From positions 7,210 to 71,209 of the forward strand of contig JBAZDX010000008.1 in assembly GCA_041654255.1 (NCBI GenBank): DNA of 64,000 bases, given 5' to 3'. The stretch is from Sulfurimonas sp. Lineage in GTDB: Bacteria > Campylobacterota > Campylobacteria > Campylobacterales > Sulfurimonadaceae. The notes under the pieces were generated by a model that had not been told where the DNA came from, ran no database searches, and was given only the letters and a program-made list of their open reading frames with translations. The translations under genes and the position numbers were made by a program. Shown one piece after another: positions 1 through 8,665 of this stretch; the stretch's first letter is position 1; the number at the start of each line of letters is the position of its first letter.

Positions 1-1
1 G

Positions 2-703
2 CTTACCCAAGATGAACTCATAGTTTTAAATCTGGCACTTAGCCAGTTTGATGAAGTGGAAGATATACACAAAATCAAAGAGAGTATTTTCAAAAAAGTT
101 ATAACACAGCCGTTTTACTCTCCTTACTACATTAAACAGGATGATTTTGAAGATATTGACATGGACGCACCTATTGTCCAAATAATTGAAAACTCCATCA
201 AAGAGAAAGAACTTGTAGAGTTGAGAATCGAAGAGGTTTCGTTACATGTCGAAACATATAAGATAACCGCATATGATGGCATCTGGTACCTTTTTGCTAG
301 AACGATAGAAGATAAAAAAATCAAAATATTTCGACTTAAAAAGATAAAGAAGATAACACCGCTTGGAAAATACCATAGAACAGACTTGGAAAAAATGGAC
401 AAGCTTTTGGAAAAAACTCACTCGCCGTTTTTCCAAGACGGCACATCATATGAAGTAGTTATCAAAGTTGATGCTCTTGTCGCACACTACTTTGAAGCAA
501 AAGAGTTTTTAGAGTCGCAAAAAATCATAAAAAAACATAAAGACGGCTCGCTTGAGGTTAGCTTTGAGATAAGCCACGACGAAGACATTGACAACATGAT
601 AAAGTCATGGCTGCCGCATGTAGAGATCTTAAAACCTCAAAGATATAGAGAAAAAGTAACAAATGAGTTAAAAGAGTATATAAAAAGAGTGGAAGCGAAA
701 TGA
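2..703 (+). CDS. WYL-domain transcriptional regulator, C-terminal part (5' end lies outside the window)
   Basis: The frame is open from nt 2, so the listed GTG at 56 is probably internal. 'DGIWYLFARTIEDKKIKIFRLKKI' is a WYL-domain signature. The C-terminal 'IKSWLPHVEILKP' matches the WYL paralog at 37636-38559. Confidence 0.75.
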   Translation, partial: LTQDELIVLNLALSQFDEVEDIHKIKESIFKKVITQPFYSPYYIKQDDFEDIDMDAPIVQIIENSIKEKELVELRIEEVSLHVETYKITAYDGIWYLFARTIEDKKIKIFRLKKIKKITPLGKYHRTDLEKMDKLLEKTHSPFFQDGTSYEVVIKVDALVAHYFEAKEFLESQKIIKKHKDGSLEVSFEISHDEDIDNMIKSWLPHVEILKPQRYREKVTNELKEYIKRVEAK

Positions 704-734
704 TATGTTCGCTCTGTTTGTTTAAGGTTTTAGT

Positions 735-2846
735 ATGAAAAAAGGAGAAAATTTGGAACTATTTTTACTAGGCGGACATGATCTTGAAATGGTTGAAATC
801 ATAAAAATATTAGAACAAAACTGTAAAAAGTTTGAAGATAAAAAACTAAAGTGGGGTGCCAAACTGAGCGACTATAAAGAGTTTTTAAACTTTGAAGGAA
901 CTATTTATGGCATTGAGCTAGAAGAGGACATAACTTCTCCAAGCAACTATGTAGAGATTGACCATCACGGCAAAAATGACCATAAAAAATCATCACTAGA
1001 ACAGGTGGCAGAGATTTTAGGCGTCAAACTTGGTGATGACCAAAGGCTTATAGCTGCGAATGATTCTAGATACATAAGCGGTATGAAATCGCTCTGCGCA
1101 AAAGAAGAAGAGATAGATGAAATAAGAAAAAAAGATAGAGAATCTCAAGGTGTGACAAAAGAGGATGAAGAGTTAGCTTTGCAATCTTTCAATATCGCAT
1201 TTTGCGATAAAACAAATTTTATCTTTTCTAAAACCTCATATTTTAGTGCTGTAAGTGATTTGGCTTTTTATGAGTTTGATAACTACATCATCTACAACGA
1301 TTCAAAAATAGTTTTCTATGGCTACAAAAGAGAAAATATAGTTGAGTTTTTCAAAGAGCAAAATATCCAAGATGGCAGCTATTACTACGGCGGTGGTGAG
1401 TTTGGATTTGTTGGTATTAAAGATAATGTTTTAACTAAAGATGGAATCAAAAAATTGATAGACGAGTTGACAAAAATGAAAAAAGACGAGTTGTATAGTT
1501 ATCATACTTTTATGTTACCATTTAAATATAAAGGTAAAGAGAGTGTAATAGAGAATTGGTGTAAATTAGATGATGCTAAAGTTGATTATAATCAACAAGC
1601 ATACTTCCATAAATTTTTTATAAAAAGCATGTTTGATAATTGTGAAATATATGAAAATATAAAATATAAAACTTTCACACTAAAAACAAAAGATTTAAAA
1701 AAATATGGTAGTGATGAAATTAGACGACACTCAAAAATATATAAACTTGGTATTGAAAAATTATCGTTAAGAATTTTTGATGATTTTAAAGTAGGGATAC
1801 TCTCTTTTCATCTTGAAAATAAAATTTATAAAGATAAAGAAGAAATTTTAGAGATAAATGAGTATGGAAGAAGAATATACCCTGAGTATTTAGATGACGC
1901 CAATAATTGCAATTTAGTAGCAGAATATATAAAATTAGATGATATATCTGAAACTTTTAATAGCAAAAATGAGAACAATACTCCAATAATATCTCAAATT
2001 ATCACTAAGCTTATTGGAGATATTCAACCAGCAGTTGATGACAGAATGTTTACCATTAGCTACTTGAATAATCCAAAATTTGCAAATGAAGTAAAAGAAA
2101 ACTATTTATGCAATGATAAGTGGTATGAATATGTTTTTATAGATGGCGATGGCAAAACGGTTCAAAGCCAAACTATGCAGGAAGAATTAATCAAAAAAAC
2201 CACTTATGATAGATGGAAAGATTATGGAACTATGTATGGTCTAAGCAGATACTCTTTTGTGTGTTTGGCAAATAGTGATTTTCCATTACCACATATGAAA
2301 ACTATGTATTTTAGTATGTTTAGTTTGCTTTTGATGGTAAGAGCCACTTTACTTAAATTTGCAGATGATGTTAGTGAAATTGCTAAAGATATAGATACAA
2401 AAGATATATCAGGTCAAGTGAATGATACTTACAGGGATTACATAAAATTTATAAACAAATACTATTTTAGAGAGATTACAGCCAAAGATCAAGGACTTGA
2501 ACTTTATGAAAAAGCATTAGATATTTTAAAAATAGAAAGAGATGTAAAGGATTTGGATGCTGAGATAGAGGAATTGCATAGATATGTAGATTTACTAGAA
2601 GAAAAAGAAAGAACAGAATCTATGAACAAAATCTCAAAACTAGGAAGTTATCTTTTGTTACCGGCACTTATTTCAAGCTTTTTAGGGATGAATATCATTG
2701 ATTTTGGTAAATATAAAAATTGTATAGTTTCAGAAGAAGTAACAATCGCAGTTGTAATTGGCACTGTTTTCATATCTGCCTTTATCATGCCACTATTTTT
2801 AAAAAGTAAATCATACAATAAGAGTGGTAAAAAAAATGGAAACTAA
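735..2846 (+). CDS. CRISPR-associated CorA-like membrane effector fused to an N-terminal DHH/DHHA1-like (NrN-like) phosphodiesterase domain
   Basis: The N-terminal ~250 aa carry 'VEIDHHG' (DHH motif) and 'YYGGGEFGFVG' (like the DHHA1 GGGH motif). The C-terminus has 'FLGMNIIDFG' (CorA GMN signature) between two hydrophobic helices. The gene sits directly upstream of the cmr operon. Confidence 0.7.
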   Translation: MKKGENLELFLLGGHDLEMVEIIKILEQNCKKFEDKKLKWGAKLSDYKEFLNFEGTIYGIELEEDITSPSNYVEIDHHGKNDHKKSSLEQVAEILGVKLGDDQRLIAANDSRYISGMKSLCAKEEEIDEIRKKDRESQGVTKEDEELALQSFNIAFCDKTNFIFSKTSYFSAVSDLAFYEFDNYIIYNDSKIVFYGYKRENIVEFFKEQNIQDGSYYYGGGEFGFVGIKDNVLTKDGIKKLIDELTKMKKDELYSYHTFMLPFKYKGKESVIENWCKLDDAKVDYNQQAYFHKFFIKSMFDNCEIYENIKYKTFTLKTKDLKKYGSDEIRRHSKIYKLGIEKLSLRIFDDFKVGILSFHLENKIYKDKEEILEINEYGRRIYPEYLDDANNCNLVAEYIKLDDISETFNSKNENNTPIISQIITKLIGDIQPAVDDRMFTISYLNNPKFANEVKENYLCNDKWYEYVFIDGDGKTVQSQTMQEELIKKTTYDRWKDYGTMYGLSRYSFVCLANSDFPLPHMKTMYFSMFSLLLMVRATLLKFADDVSEIAKDIDTKDISGQVNDTYRDYIKFINKYYFREITAKDQGLELYEKALDILKIERDVKDLDAEIEELHRYVDLLEEKERTESMNKISKLGSYLLLPALISSFLGMNIIDFGKYKNCIVSEEVTIAVVIGTVFISAFIMPLFLKSKSYNKSGKKNGN

Positions 2847-3816
2847 GATTGAAATTTATAAAACCAAAGATGGCAAAAGTGAACTTGAGATTAATTTTGA
2901 CGGAGATTCTTTTTGGCTTCGTCAAAATCAAATAGCTGAAATTTTTGAAAAAGATAGAACAGTTATCACAAAACATATCAATAAAATTTTGAAAGATAAT
3001 GAAGTTGATGAAAAAAGCAATGTGCAAAAAATGCACATTGCAAATTCTGATAAACCCGTAATCTTTTATAGTCTTGATATTGTTTTGGCTGTAGGCTATC
3101 GAACAAATTCCCAAAAAGCGATAGATTTTAGAAAATGGGCAACATCAGTTCTTAAAAAATACCTCACTGACGGTTATGCCATAAATGAATCAAAAATCAC
3201 CCGGACGAAAGCAATCCTAAACAATCTCAAACAAACCATAGAGTTTCTCAGCACCAAACAAATCGGAGAAGAAAAAGAGATACTGTCACTGCTTCAAAAC
3301 TACACCAAAACACTCTCTCTTCTTGAGGGCTATGATAAATCAAGCATAGAGGATTTTGATGGACGAACAGCATCTTACGAACTTACATGCGATGAAGTTA
3401 AAAAAGTCATATCTCAACTAAAAATGAACCTCATAGCCAAAAAAGAGGCAAGCGAACTTTTTGGAAATGAAAAAGATGACCAGTTATTTGGAATCATCGG
3501 CAATCTTTACCAAACTTTTGGCGGAGTGGAACTCTACCCAAGTATTGAAGATAAAGCTACACATCTTCTCTATTTTATCATCAAAGACCACCCGTTCAAC
3601 GATGGGAACAAGCGAACAGCGAGCTTTTTATTTGTATATTTTCTTGATAAGTGCGACTATCTTTACAAAGAAAATGGAGAAAAAAAGATAAACGATAACG
3701 CTTTGACAACATTAACACTGCTTGTTGCATCAAGCCAACCAAAGGAGAAAGAGATTTTGATAAAACTTATAAAACATTTAATTTTTGAAGGAGGAAATAC
3801 AAGTGAGCAATTATAA
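2824..3816 (+). CDS. RhuM-family N-terminal domain fused to a Fic/Doc domain (Doc-type motif)
   Basis: The N-terminus 'FWLRQNQIAEIFEKDRTVITKHI...VGYRTNSQKAIDFRKWAT' is typical of the RhuM family. The C-terminal 'HPFNDGNKRTA' fits the Doc variant (HxFx[D/N][A/G]NKR) of the Fic motif. The gene overlaps the corA-like gene by 23 nt and cmr1 by 14 nt. Confidence 0.75.
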   Translation: MVKKMETKIEIYKTKDGKSELEINFDGDSFWLRQNQIAEIFEKDRTVITKHINKILKDNEVDEKSNVQKMHIANSDKPVIFYSLDIVLAVGYRTNSQKAIDFRKWATSVLKKYLTDGYAINESKITRTKAILNNLKQTIEFLSTKQIGEEKEILSLLQNYTKTLSLLEGYDKSSIEDFDGRTASYELTCDEVKKVISQLKMNLIAKKEASELFGNEKDDQLFGIIGNLYQTFGGVELYPSIEDKATHLLYFIIKDHPFNDGNKRTASFLFVYFLDKCDYLYKENGEKKINDNALTTLTLLVASSQPKEKEILIKLIKHLIFEGGNTSEQL

Positions 3817-4918
3817 AGTCGAGTTTACACTCAAACAACACACACCCATCATCCACTTTCAAAGTGACCAAAGCGGGGCGACGTTAAGGGCAACGGAGTT
3901 GAAACCTAAGTTGGATAGGTTTTTAATAAAGCTTGTCTTTAAAAATGATGAGTCACAATATAAAAAATATTTAATTGATAAGGAAAAAGATGCTTTAAAT
4001 TATCAAGTTAAAATAGAAGCAATAGACAATAAAATTTCGACAATTGAAACCCTTGATTATCGGGGTAAAGAACAGAGCGACCCTCTATTTTTCGGAAATA
4101 TGGGTGATGGAGAAAAGAAAAAGTTTGCTTTAGCAAAAGGGTTAAAAATAGAATTTATAAGTTTTATACCCGAAGTTACAAAAGTAATTAAAGGAAATTT
4201 TGAAGCTTTTTTAGCTCAAACTAATTTTGGAACGCGTCAAAGTAAAGGTTTTGGAAGTTTTTATCTTGATAAATCTTTTGACAAATCACTTATTCCATAT
4301 AAAGTTTATAGCTTTAGTAGCGATAAATGGAAAATTGACATTAAGCTTTTATACTCTTTTTTAAGACAGGGAATAAACTTACCAAGAGGTAAAGAGGTTT
4401 TTTATGCAAAACCTGCAATTTTTACATATGCAGTAAGTAAAAATATGACTTGGGACAAAAAAGCGATAAAGCAACATTTTTTTGCAAATGAGTTGAGAGC
4501 AGATGAGCAAAAATACGATAGCAACTCGCCTGTAAATTTTACCGGACAGAATAGTTACTTACTGAGAGACCTTTTCGGACTTTCAAGTGAACAATCATGG
4601 ATGAGTTATCGAGCAACAATCAAAAAAGAGAATAATGAGATTAGTAGATTTAAATCCCCATTGACTTTTAAAATTGTAAATAATCAAGTGTTTTTTTGGG
4701 CTGACAAGAGTGTTCAAAAAGTCCTTAATAAAACATTTAAAATTATTTCAAAAGGAAATAAGCCACTTGAATTAACTACCCCAAAAGAGTTTAATTTTGA
4801 TGATTTTTTTGAGTACACTAAAACAATAGATTTATCAAAACATATAAATCAACAGTTCCATAATACGAGCACATTTAAAGATTTAACAAGAATTCTAAAT
4901 GGTATAAAGGAGAGTTAA
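3803..4918 (+). CDS. cmr1: Type III-B RAMP protein Cmr1
   Basis: It has a RAMP N-terminus 'FTLKQHTPIIHFQ' and a G-rich loop 'FGTRQSKGFGSF', and it is first in the cmr gene order. I prefer the GTG at 3803 (GGAGG lies 8 nt upstream) over the TTG at 3785. Confidence 0.75.
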   Translation: MSNYKVEFTLKQHTPIIHFQSDQSGATLRATELKPKLDRFLIKLVFKNDESQYKKYLIDKEKDALNYQVKIEAIDNKISTIETLDYRGKEQSDPLFFGNMGDGEKKKFALAKGLKIEFISFIPEVTKVIKGNFEAFLAQTNFGTRQSKGFGSFYLDKSFDKSLIPYKVYSFSSDKWKIDIKLLYSFLRQGINLPRGKEVFYAKPAIFTYAVSKNMTWDKKAIKQHFFANELRADEQKYDSNSPVNFTGQNSYLLRDLFGLSSEQSWMSYRATIKKENNEISRFKSPLTFKIVNNQVFFWADKSVQKVLNKTFKIISKGNKPLELTTPKEFNFDDFFEYTKTIDLSKHINQQFHNTSTFKDLTRILNGIKES

Positions 4919-6261
4919 TGAACTACATAGCTTACACAATCGGACCAATCTATGACACTATTTTCTATACGCTCAAAGGCGACAACAAAACCAAAAAACT
5001 CAAAGCTGGAAGCTATTTTTTTTCACTTTTTATGAAAAAACTTCTCAACAATATCAAAGAAGATTTTGACATTTTAGTCCCATATATTGGTGCAAATGCA
5101 CTCACCCATGAGCATAAAATGGGACTATTCCATGATAGATTTATCGCTCAAAGTGATAAGTCAAAGGATGAAATAAGAGATATTTTTGTTGCTAAAGTAG
5201 AGCTTACTTTTAAAGAATTGGCAGAAATAATTCAAGATGAAACAAAAGCGTATGAGCTTATGGAGAACATGACAAACCACACTATCATAGCTTCACAAGA
5301 TGAGCTCAAAAATGTAGATGAAAACATCATTTTTGCACTCAATAAAATTCTCGATAGCAAAGAGTTACAGAGAAGTTTTACTTTTCACATGCCAAAAACA
5401 AACTGGATTCAAATGTATCAAAACAATGCAGCTCAAAAGAGCAAAGTAAAAACCATTGAAGATATGTCAGAAACATTAGGCTTCAAATATTACGCCGTAA
5501 TTACAGCAGATGGCGATAAAATGGGTGCTAAAATCAAGGAAGAAGCAACCGATAATCCTGCAAAAATTAAAGATTTATCACAAAAACTTTTTACCTTTTT
5601 TACCGCTGAAAATGACATCTATACTATTACAAATAGAGAGTTTGGCGGAGAACTTATCTATGCCGGAGGTGATGATATTTTGGCTTTTTTACCTGTAAAA
5701 TTTGAAGATAAAACATTTTTAGACTACATCAAAGTTTTAGATGAGAGGTTTAAAAAATATGTTGGAGCAGATGTAAGCCTTAGTTTCGGAGTAAACATTG
5801 CTTATTACAAATACCCACTTAGGAATGCGATAAATAGTGCTTTTGATTTGCTCCACGAAGCAAAATCGGATGCAAATATCAAAAATAGAGTAAGTCTCAA
5901 AATTACAAAACACTCAGGACAATATTTTGGTACCACTCTAGCTCTTCAAGACGCAAGATATGAAAAATATAAAAAGCTAGTAGATGGCATTTTAAACAAT
6001 GAAGTGTCACTTCCACACTCACTCCACCACTCACTCAAACGCTATGAAGAGGCTATTTTGGCAACTTATGGATACGAAGATAGCTCAGTCAAGGCAATGT
6101 TTGCAACAGTTTTTAATGATGCAAAATCCGACACAGATACAAATGGCTTAGAGATAGTAAGAGAGTATCTTGATATTTGCAGACCAAAAACAAATATTGA
6201 ATTTGATGCTATTTTTTCCGAGCTGAGTATCATCAAATTTTTACGAGGAGATAGAGAATGA
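4918..6261 (+). CDS. cas10: Cas10/Cmr2, minimal form (cyclase/Palm with GGDD; no HD domain)
   Basis: 'ITADGDKMG' and 'YAGGDDILAFLP' form the GGDD Palm motif. The gene lies between cmr1 and cmr3. It is only 447 aa, with no N-terminal HD motif and almost no cysteines. Confidence 0.8.
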   Translation: MNYIAYTIGPIYDTIFYTLKGDNKTKKLKAGSYFFSLFMKKLLNNIKEDFDILVPYIGANALTHEHKMGLFHDRFIAQSDKSKDEIRDIFVAKVELTFKELAEIIQDETKAYELMENMTNHTIIASQDELKNVDENIIFALNKILDSKELQRSFTFHMPKTNWIQMYQNNAAQKSKVKTIEDMSETLGFKYYAVITADGDKMGAKIKEEATDNPAKIKDLSQKLFTFFTAENDIYTITNREFGGELIYAGGDDILAFLPVKFEDKTFLDYIKVLDERFKKYVGADVSLSFGVNIAYYKYPLRNAINSAFDLLHEAKSDANIKNRVSLKITKHSGQYFGTTLALQDARYEKYKKLVDGILNNEVSLPHSLHHSLKRYEEAILATYGYEDSSVKAMFATVFNDAKSDTDTNGLEIVREYLDICRPKTNIEFDAIFSELSIIKFLRGDRE

Positions 6262-7409
6262 AGTATCTTTTGACATTTAAACCGCTCAAAAATTTCTTTT
6301 TTGGTAATGACAGAACTTTTAGTGATGATTATTTGGCGATTTCTGAGTATTTTCCACAAAATACACAACTTTTAGGAGCATTGCGACTCTTTATCGCGGA
6401 GCAAAATAAGCTGATGCATGTACACAAAAACGGCAAATACTCAAATGAACCGGAGAAGTTAAAAAGACTCATAGGTACGGCAAGCAGTAAAGATTTTAGC
6501 ACAAATTCAGATTTAGGAAAAATTCAAAATATTTCACAAATGTTTTTAGTTAGCAGCTCGCTTGATGATGCTTATTTTCCTACACCTTTTGATATAGAGA
6601 TAACAGAAGACAGGGTGCAATATTATGAACTTGCCCATATCGAAAATGACTATTTTTTACAAAATTACGATGTTAAAAAAGCATCTTCTCAAAAACTCGG
6701 GAATGCCAAATTTTGGAAAAATTACACTCATAAACAAGAATTATCCAAAGAACATTTTGAAGATATGAGTGAGATTTTTATAACGCATTCTCAAGTAGGA
6801 ATTGGCTTAGAAAATAAAAAAACAATCGAAGGTGCTTTTTATTCCAAAACAGATTATCAGCTGAAAAACGGCTTTTTATTTGCTTGTTTGATAGAGTTAG
6901 ATGAAAAGACTTCTTCTGTAGCTTCACAGAAGAAGTCTTTTTTTGACTTTTTATTTGGTCGTTTGATAAAGTTAAATGAAGAGATTATTTCAGATGGCAT
7001 TATCCAAATCGGGGCAGAAAATTCACTGTTTGAACTCAAAATTATACCCTATGAAAACACACAACTTACATCCCATCCAATCGTTTCACAACTTTTTACA
7101 CAACCGCAAAAAGGGGACAAAGCAGTTGCAATAAGTGATGTAATTTTACAAAGTACAGAAGAGTTTCATGCGTACTTTACCATTGTGCCATTTTACAAAA
7201 ATTTTGCAATGCTAAAATCAGAAAATGAAAGCTTCCAAGGCAAATCTAAAGAGAAAAGTTTTGCAAAATTTGAGGGTAAAACAGATCAAAAACGACTCAT
7301 TCCAACAGGAACAGTCTCTTACATCAAAGAACAAGTCATGCCACACAACCAAACATTAGGTGCCTATGCAAAGATGGGCTACAATCAATTCATAACAGCA
7401 AAAATTTAA
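6258..7409 (+). CDS. cmr3: Type III-B Cmr3
   Basis: The N-terminus 'LTFKPLKNFFFGNDRTF...LLGALR' is Cmr3-like. The start forms an ATGA overlap with cas10, and the gene is in the expected position. Confidence 0.7.
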   Translation: MKYLLTFKPLKNFFFGNDRTFSDDYLAISEYFPQNTQLLGALRLFIAEQNKLMHVHKNGKYSNEPEKLKRLIGTASSKDFSTNSDLGKIQNISQMFLVSSSLDDAYFPTPFDIEITEDRVQYYELAHIENDYFLQNYDVKKASSQKLGNAKFWKNYTHKQELSKEHFEDMSEIFITHSQVGIGLENKKTIEGAFYSKTDYQLKNGFLFACLIELDEKTSSVASQKKSFFDFLFGRLIKLNEEIISDGIIQIGAENSLFELKIIPYENTQLTSHPIVSQLFTQPQKGDKAVAISDVILQSTEEFHAYFTIVPFYKNFAMLKSENESFQGKSKEKSFAKFEGKTDQKRLIPTGTVSYIKEQVMPHNQTLGAYAKMGYNQFITAKI

Positions 7410-7420
7410 GGAGAAACACA

Positions 7421-8323
7421 ATGTACACAAACAAAGCCTATATCATCAAAACAAAAACAAATCTGCATGCAGGAAGCGGAGATACAAACTTCGGCATAGT
7501 TGACAATGAAGTCCAAAGAGACACTGTTACAAATCTTCCAGTTATAAACTCCAGTAGTCTCAAAGGTGCCGTACGCGACCATTTTAGCGATTTATTAAGC
7601 TCTCAAAACGATTTGCCACTTGGAAGTGATTTTGTAAAACCTTTTGTATTTAATACAATCTTTGGGGATGAACAAAAAAATCTTGATGATGAGGATAAAA
7701 AAACATACAGCAAACTCCCAAAACAGGGACTAGTAAAGTTTATCGATGCGAAACTTCTTTTTTTACCGCTTAGAAGTAACAAAAAGCCATTTTTTCATGT
7801 GACTTCACTTGCTACTTTACAAGAAGCCAAGAGCTTTTTAGAGAGTTTTGGTATCTCTCTTGAACTTGATGCTATCCAAACAGAAAAAAGTGTAGTCGTA
7901 GGCGCAGAAGGTGCAACGGTCGAAGATGTGGAGTGCCAACCGCTCCAAGCAGATTTTTCAAAAATGAAAAAACTCTTTGGCATAGAAAATTTAGCCATTT
8001 TTAACGATGAAGATTTTAATGATGCAGTTTCAAATCTTCCTGTAATCGCTAGAAACGCACTTGAGAATGGTAAAAGTGTCAATCTTTGGTACGAAGAAGT
8101 AGTGCCAAGAGAATCTATTTTTTACACCGTGTTTTGCTACTACAAGAACCTCGATGATAGCACTCCAGATGCAAAAGGCAAAACTGATAAGAAAAAATTT
8201 GAGATGGCATACAGACTCTTTGAAGAAAAGCTCCTCAAAGACTCTATCCAAATCGGTGCAAACGCAAGTATTGGTTACGGCATTACAAATTTTTCAAAAT
8301 TAGGAGAGAGTCATGAACAATAG
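7421..8323 (+). CDS. cmr4: Type III-B Cmr4 (backbone RAMP)
   Basis: 'LHAGSGDTNFGIVDNEVQRDTVTNLPVINSSSLKGAVRD' is the classic Cmr4/Csm3 N-terminal signature. Confidence 0.85.
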   Translation: MYTNKAYIIKTKTNLHAGSGDTNFGIVDNEVQRDTVTNLPVINSSSLKGAVRDHFSDLLSSQNDLPLGSDFVKPFVFNTIFGDEQKNLDDEDKKTYSKLPKQGLVKFIDAKLLFLPLRSNKKPFFHVTSLATLQEAKSFLESFGISLELDAIQTEKSVVVGAEGATVEDVECQPLQADFSKMKKLFGIENLAIFNDEDFNDAVSNLPVIARNALENGKSVNLWYEEVVPRESIFYTVFCYYKNLDDSTPDAKGKTDKKKFEMAYRLFEEKLLKDSIQIGANASIGYGITNFSKLGESHEQ

Positions 8324-8663
8324 AAATATAGAAAAATTAATATCACAAGCAATCAAAAAATTACATATTCTTGTAGATAAAGATGGGAAAATAGATAAAA
8401 AAAATCAAGGATATTTAGCATCTTTTGGACCAACTGTAATTTATAGTGGAATTATAAGAACAGTTGCAATTTATGGTGATAAAAGTGACTCAAACAAAAA
8501 AAGAAGAGAAATTTTAAAAATTATGTTTAGTCTGATAAATCTTGATGTTGATAGTTTTATTGCCAATGAACAATCAAGTACAAACTACAATCTCAAAAAT
8601 AAAATACTTGAAGCAAACATCGCTTGTAAATTGGCTATTCGTACTTTTGAGTTAAAGGATTAG
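8313..8663 (+). CDS. cmr5: Type III-B small subunit Cmr5
   Basis: It is a 116 aa helical-looking protein between cmr4 and cmr6. The call rests on size and position only. Confidence 0.6.
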   Translation: MNNRNIEKLISQAIKKLHILVDKDGKIDKKNQGYLASFGPTVIYSGIIRTVAIYGDKSDSNKKRREILKIMFSLINLDVDSFIANEQSSTNYNLKNKILEANIACKLAIRTFELKD

Positions 8664-8665
8664 AG

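Noticed and set aside
3461-3691. Internal alternative-frame ORFs (3461-3691, 5510-5698, 8874-9077, 9674-9883 and others) inside cas and ancillary genes
   Set aside because: They are embedded in well-supported longer coding frames, are short, and have no RBS or family similarity.
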